Source: Octopus sinensis
Lineage: Eukaryota
Direction of reading: 5' to 3'
Length of the DNA: 64,000 nucleotides
Assembly: GCF_006345805.1 (NCBI RefSeq)
Contig: NC_043001.1
Span: forward strand, 93,124,001-93,188,000
The notes under the pieces are model-generated. The model was not told the origin of the DNA, did no database searches, and worked only from the letters and a program-made list of their open reading frames with translations. This document shows, in pieces, positions 1-13,485 of this stretch. Numbering within the stretch: the stretch's first letter is position 1; each line of letters starts with the position of its first letter. The position numbers and the translations under genes are program-made.

Positions 1-491
1 TGCACATACACACACACGTATACACCATCGCAAGCTAATGCGTGCACGCACACAAAACTAAAGGTGAGATGAATGTAAGAGCGATAACTGCATTTTGTAC
101 CATTTATTGGAATTCTTTGTTGTTGATTACTTGCTGGGAACGTAAGATTTAAAAGTGAAGAATTCCCTGGGAAAGATTTAATAACGAGAAATTAAGGAGA
201 TAAACAGTGGTATCTAAGTAACAAAACTATCGTTTGTTACTAAGGAATGGTGATAGTATCGATAAATTAGCAGCTTCAAAAAGCAAACGCCATACACTAG
301 TTCCCACACAATTTGTTTTATTCTTATGCTTTTAACTTGTTTTCTGTTGTCTTAAATCCTCTTGTGATTGCCTTCTGTTCATTTTGTATCATTTTACTGT
401 TAACAAATCGTAGACTCATCAAGTAAATGGGAAATACTCAGGTGGTTAGAATCGTTAAACTATCAACTAAAAGAGAATGATGAAACAATTA

Positions 492-707
492 TTTTACTCT
501 TTTACTCTTTTACTTGTTTCAGTCATTCGACTGTGACCATGCTGGGGCACTGCCTTTTAGTCGAGCATATCGACCCCAGGACTTATTCTTTGTAAACCTA
601 GTACTTATTTTATCGGGTTTCTTTTGCATAACCACTAAGTTACGGGGACCTAAACTCACCAGCATCGGTTGTCAAGCGATGTTGGGGGGACAAACACAGA
701 CACACAA

Positions 708-767
<60 letters not shown>

Positions 768-963
768 CACATATATATATATGTATACATACATATATTC
801 GACAGGCTTCTTTCAGTTTCTGTCTACCAAATCCAGTCACAAGGCTTTGGTCGGCCCGAGGCTATAGTAGAAGACACTTGCCCAAGGTGCTACGCAGTGG
901 GACTCAACCTGGAACCGTGTGGTTGGTAAGCAAGCTACTTACCACACAGCCACTCCATCGCCT
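492..963 (-). mobile_element. tRNA-derived SINE, family A (CORE-like, bipartite with internal microsatellite)
   Basis: On the minus strand: A-box-like TGGCTGTGTGGTA, B-box-like region, CORE-like CACCTTGGGCAAGTGTCTTCTACTATAGCCTCGGGCC, an internal (TA)/(TG) tract, a conserved 3' half and an (AAAAGAGT)n tail. Eight more copies occur in the window. Confidence 0.9.
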
Positions 964-1279
964 GTGTTTATTTTCTTTTAAGAGGGTTGCTGTGTACCGT
1001 GTTTTACTCCTTCATTGAATTTGTGACAAATTGTCTAGTTGAGAGAAGTAGACGGCATATGTTCCGGATATGTAATACTTTAGCCACGTATTCAGAAGCA
1101 CATTCAACACATATCCATGTAAAATCCAAGAATCCGAAACTAAATACCAGCTATATAACAGGACTTCAAATGGTGCATTGTGATGACTCTACAATTGTGG
1201 AGATGTCACTATCGTTATCGGTCATCATCTACCATTAAGCTCCCAACTAATTTTATTGAACACATTAATTTGGCTTATA

Positions 1280-1880
1280 ATTGATCCTTATTTTATTTAA
1301 TTTTATTTAAAAAGTATGGGTGGCACTTTCACACATCAACCAAAGCCATAACTTCTTTAGTTTCTAAATCCTCTTATAATATAGAAACATAAACCAAAAT
1401 GTATTTGTATCGTACCTCAGACTTGATATTTCGTTTAAGATGGATTCATCTTAGCCTTTTTGATGTTATTTTGGCCAACCTTCATCAAAGATTCTATCAT
1501 CTGATAACAGATGATCGAATAACTGAATGTGACCTATAAATATATTGCTCCAGTTACACCTTGCTTTCCCCAGCTTGAAAACTACACTTTCGCATGCGCT
1601 GATTTATCGCAAACGAATTCAAAGTAAACGTCTAAATATGCTGCATTTGTCTCCATAGTCAAATCTATTTCTATTAAATCTATGGGATCTGGTAGTTGTA
1701 GGATGCAAGTAAGTGGGGTCTATCAGAGCAAGACAGATATTCTTCTTCTACGCTTATCTCTGGTGACATGTAAACCGATACATTGATTCGTACATCATTA
1801 GATTCAATAAGATATTTTGAACCCTATTTGCTCCGTTGGACACTTTGTTGTGGAGATCTTGCGGCTGAGACAGTGAAGGT
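1280..1880 (-). pseudogene. Heavily degraded L1/Tx1-like LINE endonuclease remnant
   Basis: Minus-strand frames give RINVSVYMSP, a YLDR-like stretch, a frameshifted SDH-like motif and KMNPS (resembling WKLN.S), in the order expected for an APE domain. Many stops and frameshifts. Confidence 0.35.
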
Positions 1881-3492
1881 TTAATTCACGATGGATCAAT
1901 ATATATTATTTGAATACATACAAAATGATTTATATTTGACAGCGAAAACAATGTGAGCTCTCTTTTTGCATCAATGCATCATCTTGTTTCCTTTACTATG
2001 TCTTTACTATGAGCTGTTAATGATATTATTTCTAGTATTTGTGTCCACTGTTTATGTGATACATTTATATTGCACAGTGTTCTGGTCGGTTATGTTTGAT
2101 TTCGTTTATATGGCTAGTAAGAACAGAGATGCTTTGTTTGGTTAATATTGCTTTTATGTTATTTTTGAAGCCAGGTTTCCTGATGCTTGATGTAAATCTG
2201 AAGTAGATGTTCAGCTATTGTTATAGAGGGTAAAATTGATAACAAAAGTGTATGAAAAACAGCGTATACTTTGCATGATTAGGTGGGAAGGATCTGAAAG
2301 TATAAATGAAAAATGAAAAAAGAGAGGTTGAGAAAACAGATCCTAGTGGTCCTTCATTGGAAGAATTGTATATTCTAGACGCGTTATTAAATTTTACACA
2401 GGCTTAACACACCGAAGAAGGTGTTTAGGATTTTATATATAAGTAAGCAGCGAGAAATGAAGTGGAAAATTGTTGACGTCAATGGTACGTGGATCTCAAT
2501 CTTTTGTTGTTGAAGCCAATATGTATTGTGGGTAGTGTGCTGATTGCAAGTTAGAAAAAGAATGCATGGGTTTTTAATATAAAAAATGTGTCTTTTATTG
2601 GGGTTTTGAAAGAGTGAATAGGAATGAAATGGGGTTTATTTGATATTGCTCCGGTTGGGATTTTGATAAAGTTTTGAATTAAAATTTTGAAGAGGAAGCC
2701 GAATAATTTATTGAATACAGATCTTGGATATTTCTACATTTTGTTATCTCATGAAAAGAAGGGATCTTAAACATGGTAGGGTTTGCTTGCTGTTGCAATG
2801 TGTGTAAATGACGTGAAATTGTTATCGCGACTCGTTACTTGCTGAAGCCATGTTAAGAGTTATTGATGGTGTTAATTACTTTGTATAATTATGCATGTCT
2901 TCATGCATGTTCTGCGATACACAACCGAGAATATGTTTATCAGGTTTTCTGTTTTTTTTTGTTGGATTATCTATTTTTTTAATTATTATTTCCTTGTTAA
3001 TTTGTTTGAAGCTGAATAACATCTTCGTTTGCATGATTTGCTTTGGGTGTTCCTAACAGTGTAATGAATAAACACACAGAAATAATAATAAATATGCCAA
3101 TCAATGATACTCGCGACACAACAGTCCACACAGACAAACTCACTCGCTCGCATATGCGATCAGTCGCTTGCAAAAAGGCACATACTTTCATCCAGGTTAT
3201 TTCACCATTTCACATCCTCATTTTTAGATATTTTATCTAGGCTCTGATATCTCGTCAAGAGAAAGACATGACGATGGAGGGGTACTGATGTTGTGGAATT
3301 CATCTCTTAACCTAGATCCTAAGTATTTAAATAACATTTAAATATACTCAACATTTTCCTACTACGAGAAGTTTTCAGATATTTATATATCATCTCAGGC
3401 ACAACATATTTCAATTTAGACATATATAACAGTGGTATATATGTATGTATGTATATGCATGAATGTATGTATGTATATATTTATGTATATAC

Positions 3493-3540
<48 letters not shown>

Positions 3541-5081
3541 GACATATATAATCAGACAAGTAGAATCTATAGAAGGTGAACTAAACTCTCTTTATCTATC
3601 TGTAAATTTACCTTTCTATTATATACATACATACGTACATAAATACATGCAGACGCACACACACAAACATATACACACACACGTATATATATATATATAT
3701 GTGTATATATACATATACACACATACAAATACACACACACATATATATGTGCATACATATACATACATACATATGTATATATATATATATATAATACGCA
3801 TTGCTATATATATATATTTTCTTACATGTTTACCACTGTTGATTATGTTTCTATCTGTTTTGGTGAATAAATAAACAGCAAACAAAGCCAGGAATTAAAT
3901 TATCGTATAAATTGCTCACAGCTAAATTGCTAGATATAACCTCATAGAATGGTTTTCCGTTGGTGGAAGAAGAGTAGCACAAACACACACACACACACAC
4001 ACGCACACAAACACGCACACACACACACATACACACACACACACGTACACAGACACACAAACACACACATACGCACACAGACACACGCACACACACATAC
4101 GCACACACACACGCACGCACACACACATATGTAAACTAAAAGTATGTTTATATAATAAATAAATCTAAAAGTTTATATATTAACACGTATATATATATTA
4201 TATATGTATACATATATAAATATACATACATACATACATACATACATACATACATACATACACACACATACATATATATTTATATGCACATGTATATGTA
4301 TATATATATATATATATATATACATATATATATTTATAACGAAGGCCTCGTGTTCATGTACCACTTGCAACAGCATATATAGATTTCTACCATCTTAATT
4401 AACAAATCGAATTTGCCATACATTTGTTGAGATCCATTCCGAAATGCTTTTAGTAGTTTCTGAATTTCAAGAATAAATAAAGGTTACATTAATTCTAAAA
4501 AGAAATTCCATCTGTCTGCTTTCTAGTACGTTTATATACTTCAGCGTTGTTCTTTACTGCCTGCTTCTCATACAAATAAGTATATGAATCTTCTATCTTA
4601 AAGCGTTAGGTATATTTAGAAATATCACGCGCGTTTAATCACAAACAGGTATACAAACATACAAGCAGAGAGAAAAATTGTATGGGTAAATGAGAGAGAG
4701 AAAGAGAGAGTGGGAGGGATAGGAATTGAGGGGGGGGGAGAGGCAGGAAGCACCAAATATAATTATACATACACATACAGGCTCTCATACACACATATAT
4801 AGACATGTTGCTGTGTGTATGTGTGTGTGACGGTATACGTGAGTGCGTTTGTATGTGTGTGTACACACGCACTCATGGATGTGTGTATGTATGTGTGTGT
4901 ATATGTATAAACAGACACATGCATGCATACACACAGTGTAAAATTCCTTAAGCTCGTATGCCACTGGGAGAAGAGTCTCCGACGTTTCGTACTGAGTTTC
5001 TTCTGGAAGCAGAAGTGCTTTTTGATGTTTTGATGCTCAGCGTATGATAGCGGGACTTTGTCCCCGCCATTAGAATAGATA

Positions 5082-5124
<43 letters not shown>

Positions 5125-5373
5125 TACATAATATATACATATATATATATATATACGTTATATATATATATATATCTATATATATATATATATAGATATA
5201 TATATATATTATATATATATTATATATATATATGTATATATATGTATGCTTGCATGTGTAGATATATATCTATGTATATATATATATGTATATATATGTT
5301 TAATGTTTATATATATATACATGTATATGTGTATGTACATGTGTTTGTATATATTCATATATATTTATGCATT

Positions 5374-5460
<87 letters not shown>

Positions 5461-5699
5461 TTGTCTATCTATCTTTCTCTCTTTCTGTATGCTTGTATAA
5501 TAGTACCAATTAATCTCAAATTCCCGCTAGGTAAGATACAACTCAAACTTGGTGTCGAAATTCAATAGAAAGCTACGTTGCTTAGAACGGCAACAATCAC
5601 ATGAAGGGTCTCAAAGGTCTGAGGCCGCCGGAGGCAGCTTGCTCACAAGGTTTAATTTTTCTATTTCAATACTCTCAAACCAAGTTAATTTGGTTATAA

Positions 5700-6453
5700 C
5701 AACTGTACTGATAATAATAATTGTTTCAAATTTCGTTTAAAGACTAGCAGTTCCAGTAGGGGGTTCGTTAGTTGCATTAGGCTCTCTACTTGAGTGATAC
5801 TTATTTTATCTGCGGTATTTGAATTTAGAACTCAAAGAGCCGGGAGAAATGCGGCAAAGCATTTTGTTCGACGCACAAAGGAATCTCCCAGCTCACCGCC
5901 TGAATGATAATGACGATGTTTTCAATATAGGTTTAAAACCTGAATGTTTGGTGGAGGGAACTAGTCAAATACATCGACCCCCTGGCCTCTACTGGTACTT
6001 ATTTCATCGATCCCAAAAAGGATGAAAGGCTAACGATTCTGCCTGCTCACTACCTTAATAAGAATAATTTTAGAAGGGGACCAGCACAATCGACTACATC
6101 AACCCCAGTACTCAACTGCCACATTTTATCGATCAAGAAGGGATGAAAGGCAAAGTCATTCTCGCAGAATTTGAACTCCGAATCCAAAGACAGGCGAAAT
6201 GCCGCTGAGCATTTGGTCCAACTCACTAAAGATTCTACCAGTTTGCTGGGTTAATAATGTCTTCTGCTTTAGGTGTAAAGCCTGAAATTTTGTGGGAGGG
6301 GGCTAGTTGATTGCATCGACCCCAGTTTTCAACTGGTACTTATTCTATTGACCTCGAAAGGATGAAAGGCAAAGTCGAATTCGAACGCAGAATATGAAGA
6401 CGGATAAAAAAAAAAAACTGCTAAGTATTTTGCCCGGCGTTCTGTTTTGCCAG
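5700..6453 (-). mobile_element. Cluster of about four old family-B SINE copies
   Basis: Recurrent diverged ATCGACCCC...TGGTACTTATT...AAAGGATGAAAGGC...GAATTTGAAC motifs at about 5700-5901, 5925-6055, 6085-6255 and 6265-6453. Confidence 0.7.
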
Positions 6454-7140
6454 CTCATGATGACCATGATGATGATAATGACCATGATGATGCAAATAAT
6501 AAAAATGACAATAAAGATATATAATCAACAACTATTAACTCCCCTGTCCTTCCTAGACAGGTCGCAAGACAGTCAAAAAGCTAAATTCAATTCGCATCGA
6601 AATGAACGAGAGTGTGTTGAATAATATTTTCGTTTACTACAATATATATAGCAAACAGAAGCGTAGATTGCCGTAAAATCTCATTATCACAATAAATTTG
6701 TCTACCACACTCTCATAGTCAAACATCATTTCGCCTCTTTTCCTGTTGTTTTGGGACTAAATTTCCTATTTCTATAACAAGCTAGTAAGCTAAAAACCAG
6801 AAAAATCTATCTTCCACTGAACGTTCTTGTTCCCGACACACTGGAGAACAAGCGCTGCAAGAGTGACACATCAGATACATCGGGAAACATTGAAAAGCGT
6901 ATATTTATTACTCTTGTGTGAAATAAATAAATATTGATTTCTTTTCTCAAATAAATATTTACTGACAGATTGATATGTATGTGAAAAGGTATACATATAA
7001 ACATACATAATACATATACATATATATACATACATACATACATCATACATACACTACATACATACATATATGTATATGATATATATATATACATAAATTA
7101 TATAATATATTATATATATACTACATACATTATATATATA

Positions 7141-7203
<63 letters not shown>

Positions 7204-7561
7204 ATATATTATATAATGTGTGCTTGTGTGTGCCTCTGTTTGCATGTGGTATCTTTGTGTTTTTACGAGTGTGTAATTGAATATAAATTGGAGTAGAGAG
7301 ATGTTGATTTTACAATCTCGTTGTGTTTGGCGTGAAGCTTCGAGAAAGGCACGGTTTGTATCCGCTGTTTTGTATTCACGTTATTGGAGTTTTAGTATTT
7401 TCAGCTTGGAAGTTCACTGTTGTTCATTCGATTCAATCCAAAGACAATCTTGTTTATACTATCTCATCCATTATAAACATTTATCTTTGGTTAAAAGTTT
7501 GTGTGTAGCAAATGATTGTTTGTTAAAAGACAGAAAAGGAGAGGGTTAAGCTATCGCTTAC

Positions 7562-7589
7562 CTTCTTGACATTGACTTCGGCTTCTATT
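7562..7589 (-). other. Candidate small exon (unassigned)
   Basis: Minus strand: tgttcgtatag|AATAGAAGCCGAAGTCAATGTCAAGAAG|gtaagc. Strong donor and contains ATG. No linked downstream exon identified. Confidence 0.25.
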
Positions 7590-7693
7590 CTATACGAACA
7601 GATACAAATCATCCAATATACAGGAGAAACGCATACACAAACAATCAAGCTGAACAAACAGCCTGCACAGACGTGTGTAAATACTACATATGA

Positions 7694-7732
<39 letters not shown>

Positions 7733-7937
7733 CACATATATATACATACATATATATATATAATATATATATATATTATATATATATATATATACATATA
7801 TACATATATAATATATACATATATATATAATATACACATGTATATATATATAATTGCATATATATATATGCATATATATAATGTATATATATATACATAT
7901 ATATGTATATGAATATATATATGTATGTATCTATCAA

Positions 7938-7972
<35 letters not shown>

Positions 7973-8162
7973 ATATATATATATACATACATACATACAT
8001 ACATACATACACACGACCACACACATATATATATATATACACATCCACACATTATGTATATATATATAGACAGACACATATGTGTATATATATATATATG
8101 CGTGTGTTTGTGTGTGTACGAGTAACTTTGCTTTGTTAAGTTGTTCAATTCTATCGTTTCAG

Positions 8163-8232
8163 GTGTTTTTGTATGAAAACGATTTCTCTCTGTCACGTAG
8201 ACGGGAGGAAACAAGCGCTCTGGTCAACAAAG
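8163..8232 (+). other. Candidate 70-nt exon (unassigned)
   Basis: ctatcgtttcag| acceptor and AAAG|gtgaga donor; two frames are open. No recognisable product. Confidence 0.25.
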
Positions 8233-8691
8233 GTGAGAAATTCTTTGTGAACACTTTAATTTCACTTGTGTCATTCATAGCGTTCATTTTGCTTGCAGCC
8301 TCACAAGTTTCTAAAGTAAACCATGGTAGGAGTTGTAATGTGTGTTATCGTCTCGGAGGAAAGTAATCCTGCGATACAAATAAGCATTTTCAGCCGAAAC
8401 GGTTTCAATCTCAGCTTAGTTTCACATCTAAATATTTCAACAGTCTGTATGAATGATGCTTTTTTTCCAGAAGTGAGTTTGCCGTGAAATTCCGGTGTAG
8501 AAGCTACTGCTCCAGGAAATATGACAATCTAAATTCCATTTTCTGTTGCATAGATTGTAATTCAACATCATAACATCCCAAATTTAGTATTCCTAGCACC
8601 CCACCCCAGCTCCGCGGAAAATGAAGCACATTCATATCACCCCTGATGACGCGAGCGTGAAGTTCAAATATGTAGATGTGGGTGTCAGGTG

Positions 8692-8728
<37 letters not shown>

Positions 8729-8776
8729 CATTATTAAATCTCAGAATGAGATTGAAACGGTAATCGCTCGATAATG

Positions 8777-8953
8777 TAAAGTATAGAAGCCATCATAACA
8801 TGGCTAACCACATAGGGGAGGGGGTGTTACTGTAGCTTTATAGCCCCAAGAGATCGTCGTCTCAGTTGGCTTTAGACGATCTCTTGGGACTTTAAAGCTA
8901 CAGTAACACCCCTCCCCTATGTGGTTAGCCATGTTATGATGGCTTCTGTACTT

Positions 8954-8955
<2 letters not shown>
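8777..8955. mobile_element. Foldback / MITE-like near-perfect inverted repeat
   Basis: ~82-bp arms (TAAAGTA(T/C)AGAAGCCATC...CCCAAGAGATCGTC and its reverse complement) with a few mismatches and a loop of about 15 nt. TA at both ends; the right end abuts (TA)n. Confidence 0.75.
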
Positions 8956-9010
<55 letters not shown>

Positions 9011-9102
9011 CATGCATGTATATATATATCTATATATACACACACGCAATCTCACGTATATATATACATGTATACATGTGCGTGTATGCGTGAGATTGCA
9101 TG

Positions 9103-9137
<35 letters not shown>

Positions 9138-9187
9138 GCATGCAAATATGCATATGCATACATACATGTACACTCACATACGCACAC

Positions 9188-9609
9188 AGGAGTGACTCTG
9201 TGGTAAGTAGCTTGCTTAGGAACTACATGGTTTCGGGTTCAATCCCACTGCATGGCACCTTGGGCAAGTCTCTTCCATTATAGCATCGGGCCGACCAAAG
9301 CCTTGTGAGTGGATTTGGTAGACGGAAACTGAAAGAAGCCCGTCGTATATATGTATATACTTATATATGTGTGTGTGTGCGTGTGTACGTATGTTTGTGT
9401 GTCTGTGTTTGTCCCCCAGCATTGCTAGACAACCGATGCTGGTGTGTTTACGACCCCGTAACATTAGCGGTTCGGCAAAAGAGACCGATAGAATAAGTAC
9501 TAGGCTTACAAAGAATAAGTCCTGTGGTCGATTTGCTCGATCAGTTAAAGGCGGTGCTCCTGTATGGCCGCAGTCAAATGACTGAAACAAGTAGAAGAGT
9601 AAACGAGTA
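9188..9609 (+). mobile_element. SINE family A
   Basis: Head GGTTCAATCCCACTGCATGGCACCTTGGGCAAG, internal microsatellite, tail CAGTCAAATGACTGAAACAAGTAGAAGAGT. Confidence 0.9.
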
Positions 9610-9866
9610 TATATATCTGCGCATACATTCAGACACCACAACCTATCTGATATGTAGTTCTCTGCTCTTTAGCATGACCAATACTTTCAGAATATGACGG
9701 TTAGGTAGACATGGTCATCCACAGCTAAATTTCCACACTATAAATATACCAAAAGACCTATGACTGTAAACCAACCGATCGCATTCGGAAGGTCGGTGAA
9801 CCTCCTCATCGAATCAACCAACCGTATTTGGTCGCAAAGATAAGCGAACTAAAAAAAAAAAAAAAA

Positions 9867-10277
9867 TTACTCTTTTACTCTTTTACTTGTTTCAGTCATT
9901 TGTCTGCAGCCATGGTGGAGCACCGCCTTTAGTCGAGCAAATCGACCCCAGGACTTATTCTTTGTAAGCCTAGTACCTATTCTATCGGTTTCTTTTTCCG
10001 AACCGCTAAGTTACGGTGACGTAAACACACCAGCATCGGTTGTCAAGCGATATTGGCGGGGGGGGGGGTCAAACACAGATAACAAACACACAAACACACA
10101 TATATATATATATATACACATACATATACACGACGGGCTTCTTCCAGTTTCTTTCTACCAAGTCCACTCACAAGGCTATAGTAGAAGACATTTGCCCAAG
10201 GTGCCACGCAGTGGGACTAAACCTAGAACCATGTGGTTGGTAAGCAAGCCACTTACCACACAACTACTCCTACGCCT
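9867..10277 (-). mobile_element. SINE family A
   Basis: Reverse complement of the same consensus; tail-to-tail with the 9188-9609 copy. Confidence 0.9.
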
Positions 10278-11391
10278 GTTTGTAGAAAATAATCTCTACA
10301 CTATACCCTCGTTCAACAGCCAAAGGTGATTTGAAGCATAAAATATAAATATAAGGGAAATAAGATGTGCGCTACAGAAATTCTCGCCATTCTAAGTTTC
10401 TAGAGCGAGATACAAGACTAAAAAAATATAAAGAACCTGAAAATGAAGAAACATAAAGAATAAAATGATTGACTTACTTTTATGCAGTGTCGACGCCTCA
10501 GCCCCTTGGTCCCAAAAGTGTAAGGCGGAGACAAGCAGAAGATACGGAAAAATCTTCAGGGGGCACATCGGACTTCCCTGTTGAAATATAAAAAATAACT
10601 GAATGAAAGTTTTAAGTAAATAATCAATCAAATTCAGATATTTTCGGTAATCATGCAGATGTATGGATTTGCGCATTAGATCAATGATAAAAAGGGCTTT
10701 ATGCTTATACAAGTTAGTACATGTTTCTTACGAGAAAGGCATATTTACATATAAAGTCTTTGATAAATATTATTACATGGACATAGAGTTTATTTAGGCA
10801 TGAATGTACACACATGAAATACGATTTCATATATATATATACATAATTGTGCACCAACACTTATTTATATAAGCATGCATACACGTTTCTTGTAAACATA
10901 ATGATTCACATAGACACACGCACTTTCACACTTATTCATACACAGCATCGAATACTTATATAGTTTCTCCACGGCGTGAATAAACTAGAACGGTAGATTG
11001 AACGGGGTTGTATTTCATTCTCCTATATAGCCACTTCAAACACTACAGTAGCATATAATTCACTAACTACAAACACTAAAACGCATTCACCAGAGAGACA
11101 TTCGATCTGGTCCAATCTGTCATTGAGCTAGGACGTTAATAGCTGTATAGTTAACACTTCTCCTCCTTAACAAACATTCCCACAAAGACAACAAACTTCA
11201 TGAATAATAAAACAGGAGCAATATAAAAGTCAAGTGTTCCTTAATACTTTTTGTTAGAAGAGTAATTTCTTTTGATATAAATAGAATCCCTGGAAACACA
11301 TAAACCAACGACGACCAAAATTATCAATATATTGAGTCATATCCCTTAAATATATGACTAGAAGCATTCTGTCAGGCTACTACAACTGAGT

Positions 11392-11712
11392 GAAGGTGCC
11401 TGGCTCAGTGGCTAGAGAGTCGGACTCACAATGATGAGTTGGTGAGTTTGAGTCCCGTACCAAGCAACCTGAAATAAAGTGTCTTGCTCAAGACACTTTA
11501 TTTTACGTTGCTCCAGTTCACTCATTTGTAGAAATGAGTTGCGATGTCACTGTTGCCAAGCTGTATCGGCCTTTGCCTTTCTCTTGGATAACATCGGTGG
11601 CGTGGAGAAGAGAGGCCGGTATGCATGGGTGACTGCTGGTCTGCCATAAACAATCTTGCTCGTGAACTTTCTTTGTACAATCCACTGGTCATTCATGACC
11701 GAAGAGATTCTT
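11392..11712 (+). mobile_element. tRNA-derived SINE, family C (old)
   Basis: TGGCTCAGTGG A-box and GAGTTTGAGTCCC B-box-like, then CAAGACACTTTATTTTACGTTGCTCCAGTTCACTCA, shared with the 52175 element. Confidence 0.7.
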
Positions 11713-12217
11713 TGAAGTAAAAACAGAAGCTCGCAATATTGTGTCTATCAAGGAAAACGAAACTCATTTATGAGCCAATCATTGCAGCAAAGATATTTTA
11801 AACACTGCCACAGACGAAATAAAACATAATTTTTTTTCTCGAAACATATTTGACAGAGTAAAATATGAGTTTTCCAGCATTGCATGGTCTATCTTAGACA
11901 AAGGGATCGTATAAAATAGTTAATGAAAACCGCACAATTTATGCTTAACAGAGAAATAGCATACCACAAACCACACCAGCAATGAGGAAAAAGACAAAGC
12001 AAAAGAAAGTACACTAGCAAATACTACTTCTTTTTGAGGTAACAAAGTCGTAGTGGCGTCACATATCATATGTGACATTGTTATTGTGCCTTCTTCTTCC
12101 ACTCCTGCTACAGGAACTACAGAAGTCCAATGTACTGAAATTCGTAGAGACCAATATGAAACAGTGGTATGGAAGGAGCTACAAACATTATTCATATATG
12201 TATGTGTATATGTATAG

Positions 12218-12594
12218 ACTCTTTTACTCTTTTTCTTGTTTCAGTTATTTTGACTGCGGCTATGCTGGAGCACCGCCTTTAGTCGAGCAGATCGACCCCA
12301 GGATTTATACTTTGTAAGCCTAGTACTTATTCTATCGGTCTCTTTTGACGAACCGCTAAGTTACGGCGACGTAAACACACTAGAATCGGTTGTCAAGCGA
12401 TGTTGGACACACACACACATGCATATATATATATATACATATATATACAACGGGCTATTTTTCAGCTTCCGTCTACTAAATCCACACACAAGGCTTTGAT
12501 CGGCCCGAGGCTATAGTAGAAGACACTTGCCCAAGGTGCCACGTAGCGGGACTGAACCCGGAACCATGTGGTTCGTAAGTAAGCTACTTACCAT
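12218..12594 (-). mobile_element. SINE family A
   Basis: Matches the family A consensus; extreme 5' head is truncated. Confidence 0.9.
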
Positions 12595-13002
12595 ACATAC
12601 ACATATTCAGAGTGTAAGCGTATATGTGTGTTTGTGAGCACACACACACACATACCAATTGTAGCATGTATTCTAACACGACTCTGTCTTAACCCGTTCT
12701 TCAATGCACAATTACAGAAGAAGACGTGGCAATGAAAATCCTAATCTGATAACACCAATAGCTTGAAACTTTCGTCACCACACTCCTTTGCAAAAGTTGT
12801 TTATAACCGTTAACGACATTACAGAAGGAGAATATCTCTTGAAAATGAGGTGAGAAAAATATCAAATTTTTGCCGATCACGCATCAAGATAGCAATGAGG
12901 CAAAACGATATTCGATGTGCTTATTGGATAAAGCAAATATCTTATTCAAACATCCACTATCTCTGTGTAGAAGCTAGGAAATTTCGATCTGTTGTAAACA
13001 AA

Positions 13003-13372
13003 GGTGCAGGTGCCGTGTGTGGTAAGAAACTGCGGCGAGCTGGCAGAAACGTTAGCACGCCGGGCGGAATGCTTAAGCGGTATTTCATCTGCTGTTACGT
13101 TCAGAGCTCAAATTCCTCCGAGGTCGACTTTGCCTTTCATCCTTTACATACTGGGGTCGATGTAATCGACTTAATCCCTTTGTTTGTCCCCTCTATGTTT
13201 AGCCCCTTGTGGGCAATAAAGAAAGAAGAAGCTTGCTTCCTAACCATATTGTTTCAGGTTCATCCCCACTGCGGGGCAACTTGGGCAAGATTTTTTCTAC
13301 AATAGACACTACCGACCAAAGCTTTGTGAGTGGATTTGGTAGACAGAAACTGAAAGAAGCCCATCGTATATA

Positions 13373-13408
<36 letters not shown>

Positions 13409-13409
13409 A

Positions 13410-13485
<76 letters not shown>

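Noticed and set aside
860-963. tRNA-like sequences with A and B boxes (also at 9188, 11392, 19530, 52175)
   Set aside because: They continue into SINE bodies and tails and lack a clean cloverleaf; they are SINE heads, not tRNA genes.
8630-8690. CTGATGA followed by a small hairpin, resembling a hammerhead
   Set aside because: GAAG instead of GAAA, no 10.1/11.1 pair, and no UH triplet before the potential stem I.
12850-13305. 151-aa ORF
   Set aside because: It runs through two nested SINEs; the apparent donor at about 12993-13003 is the start of a SINE head.
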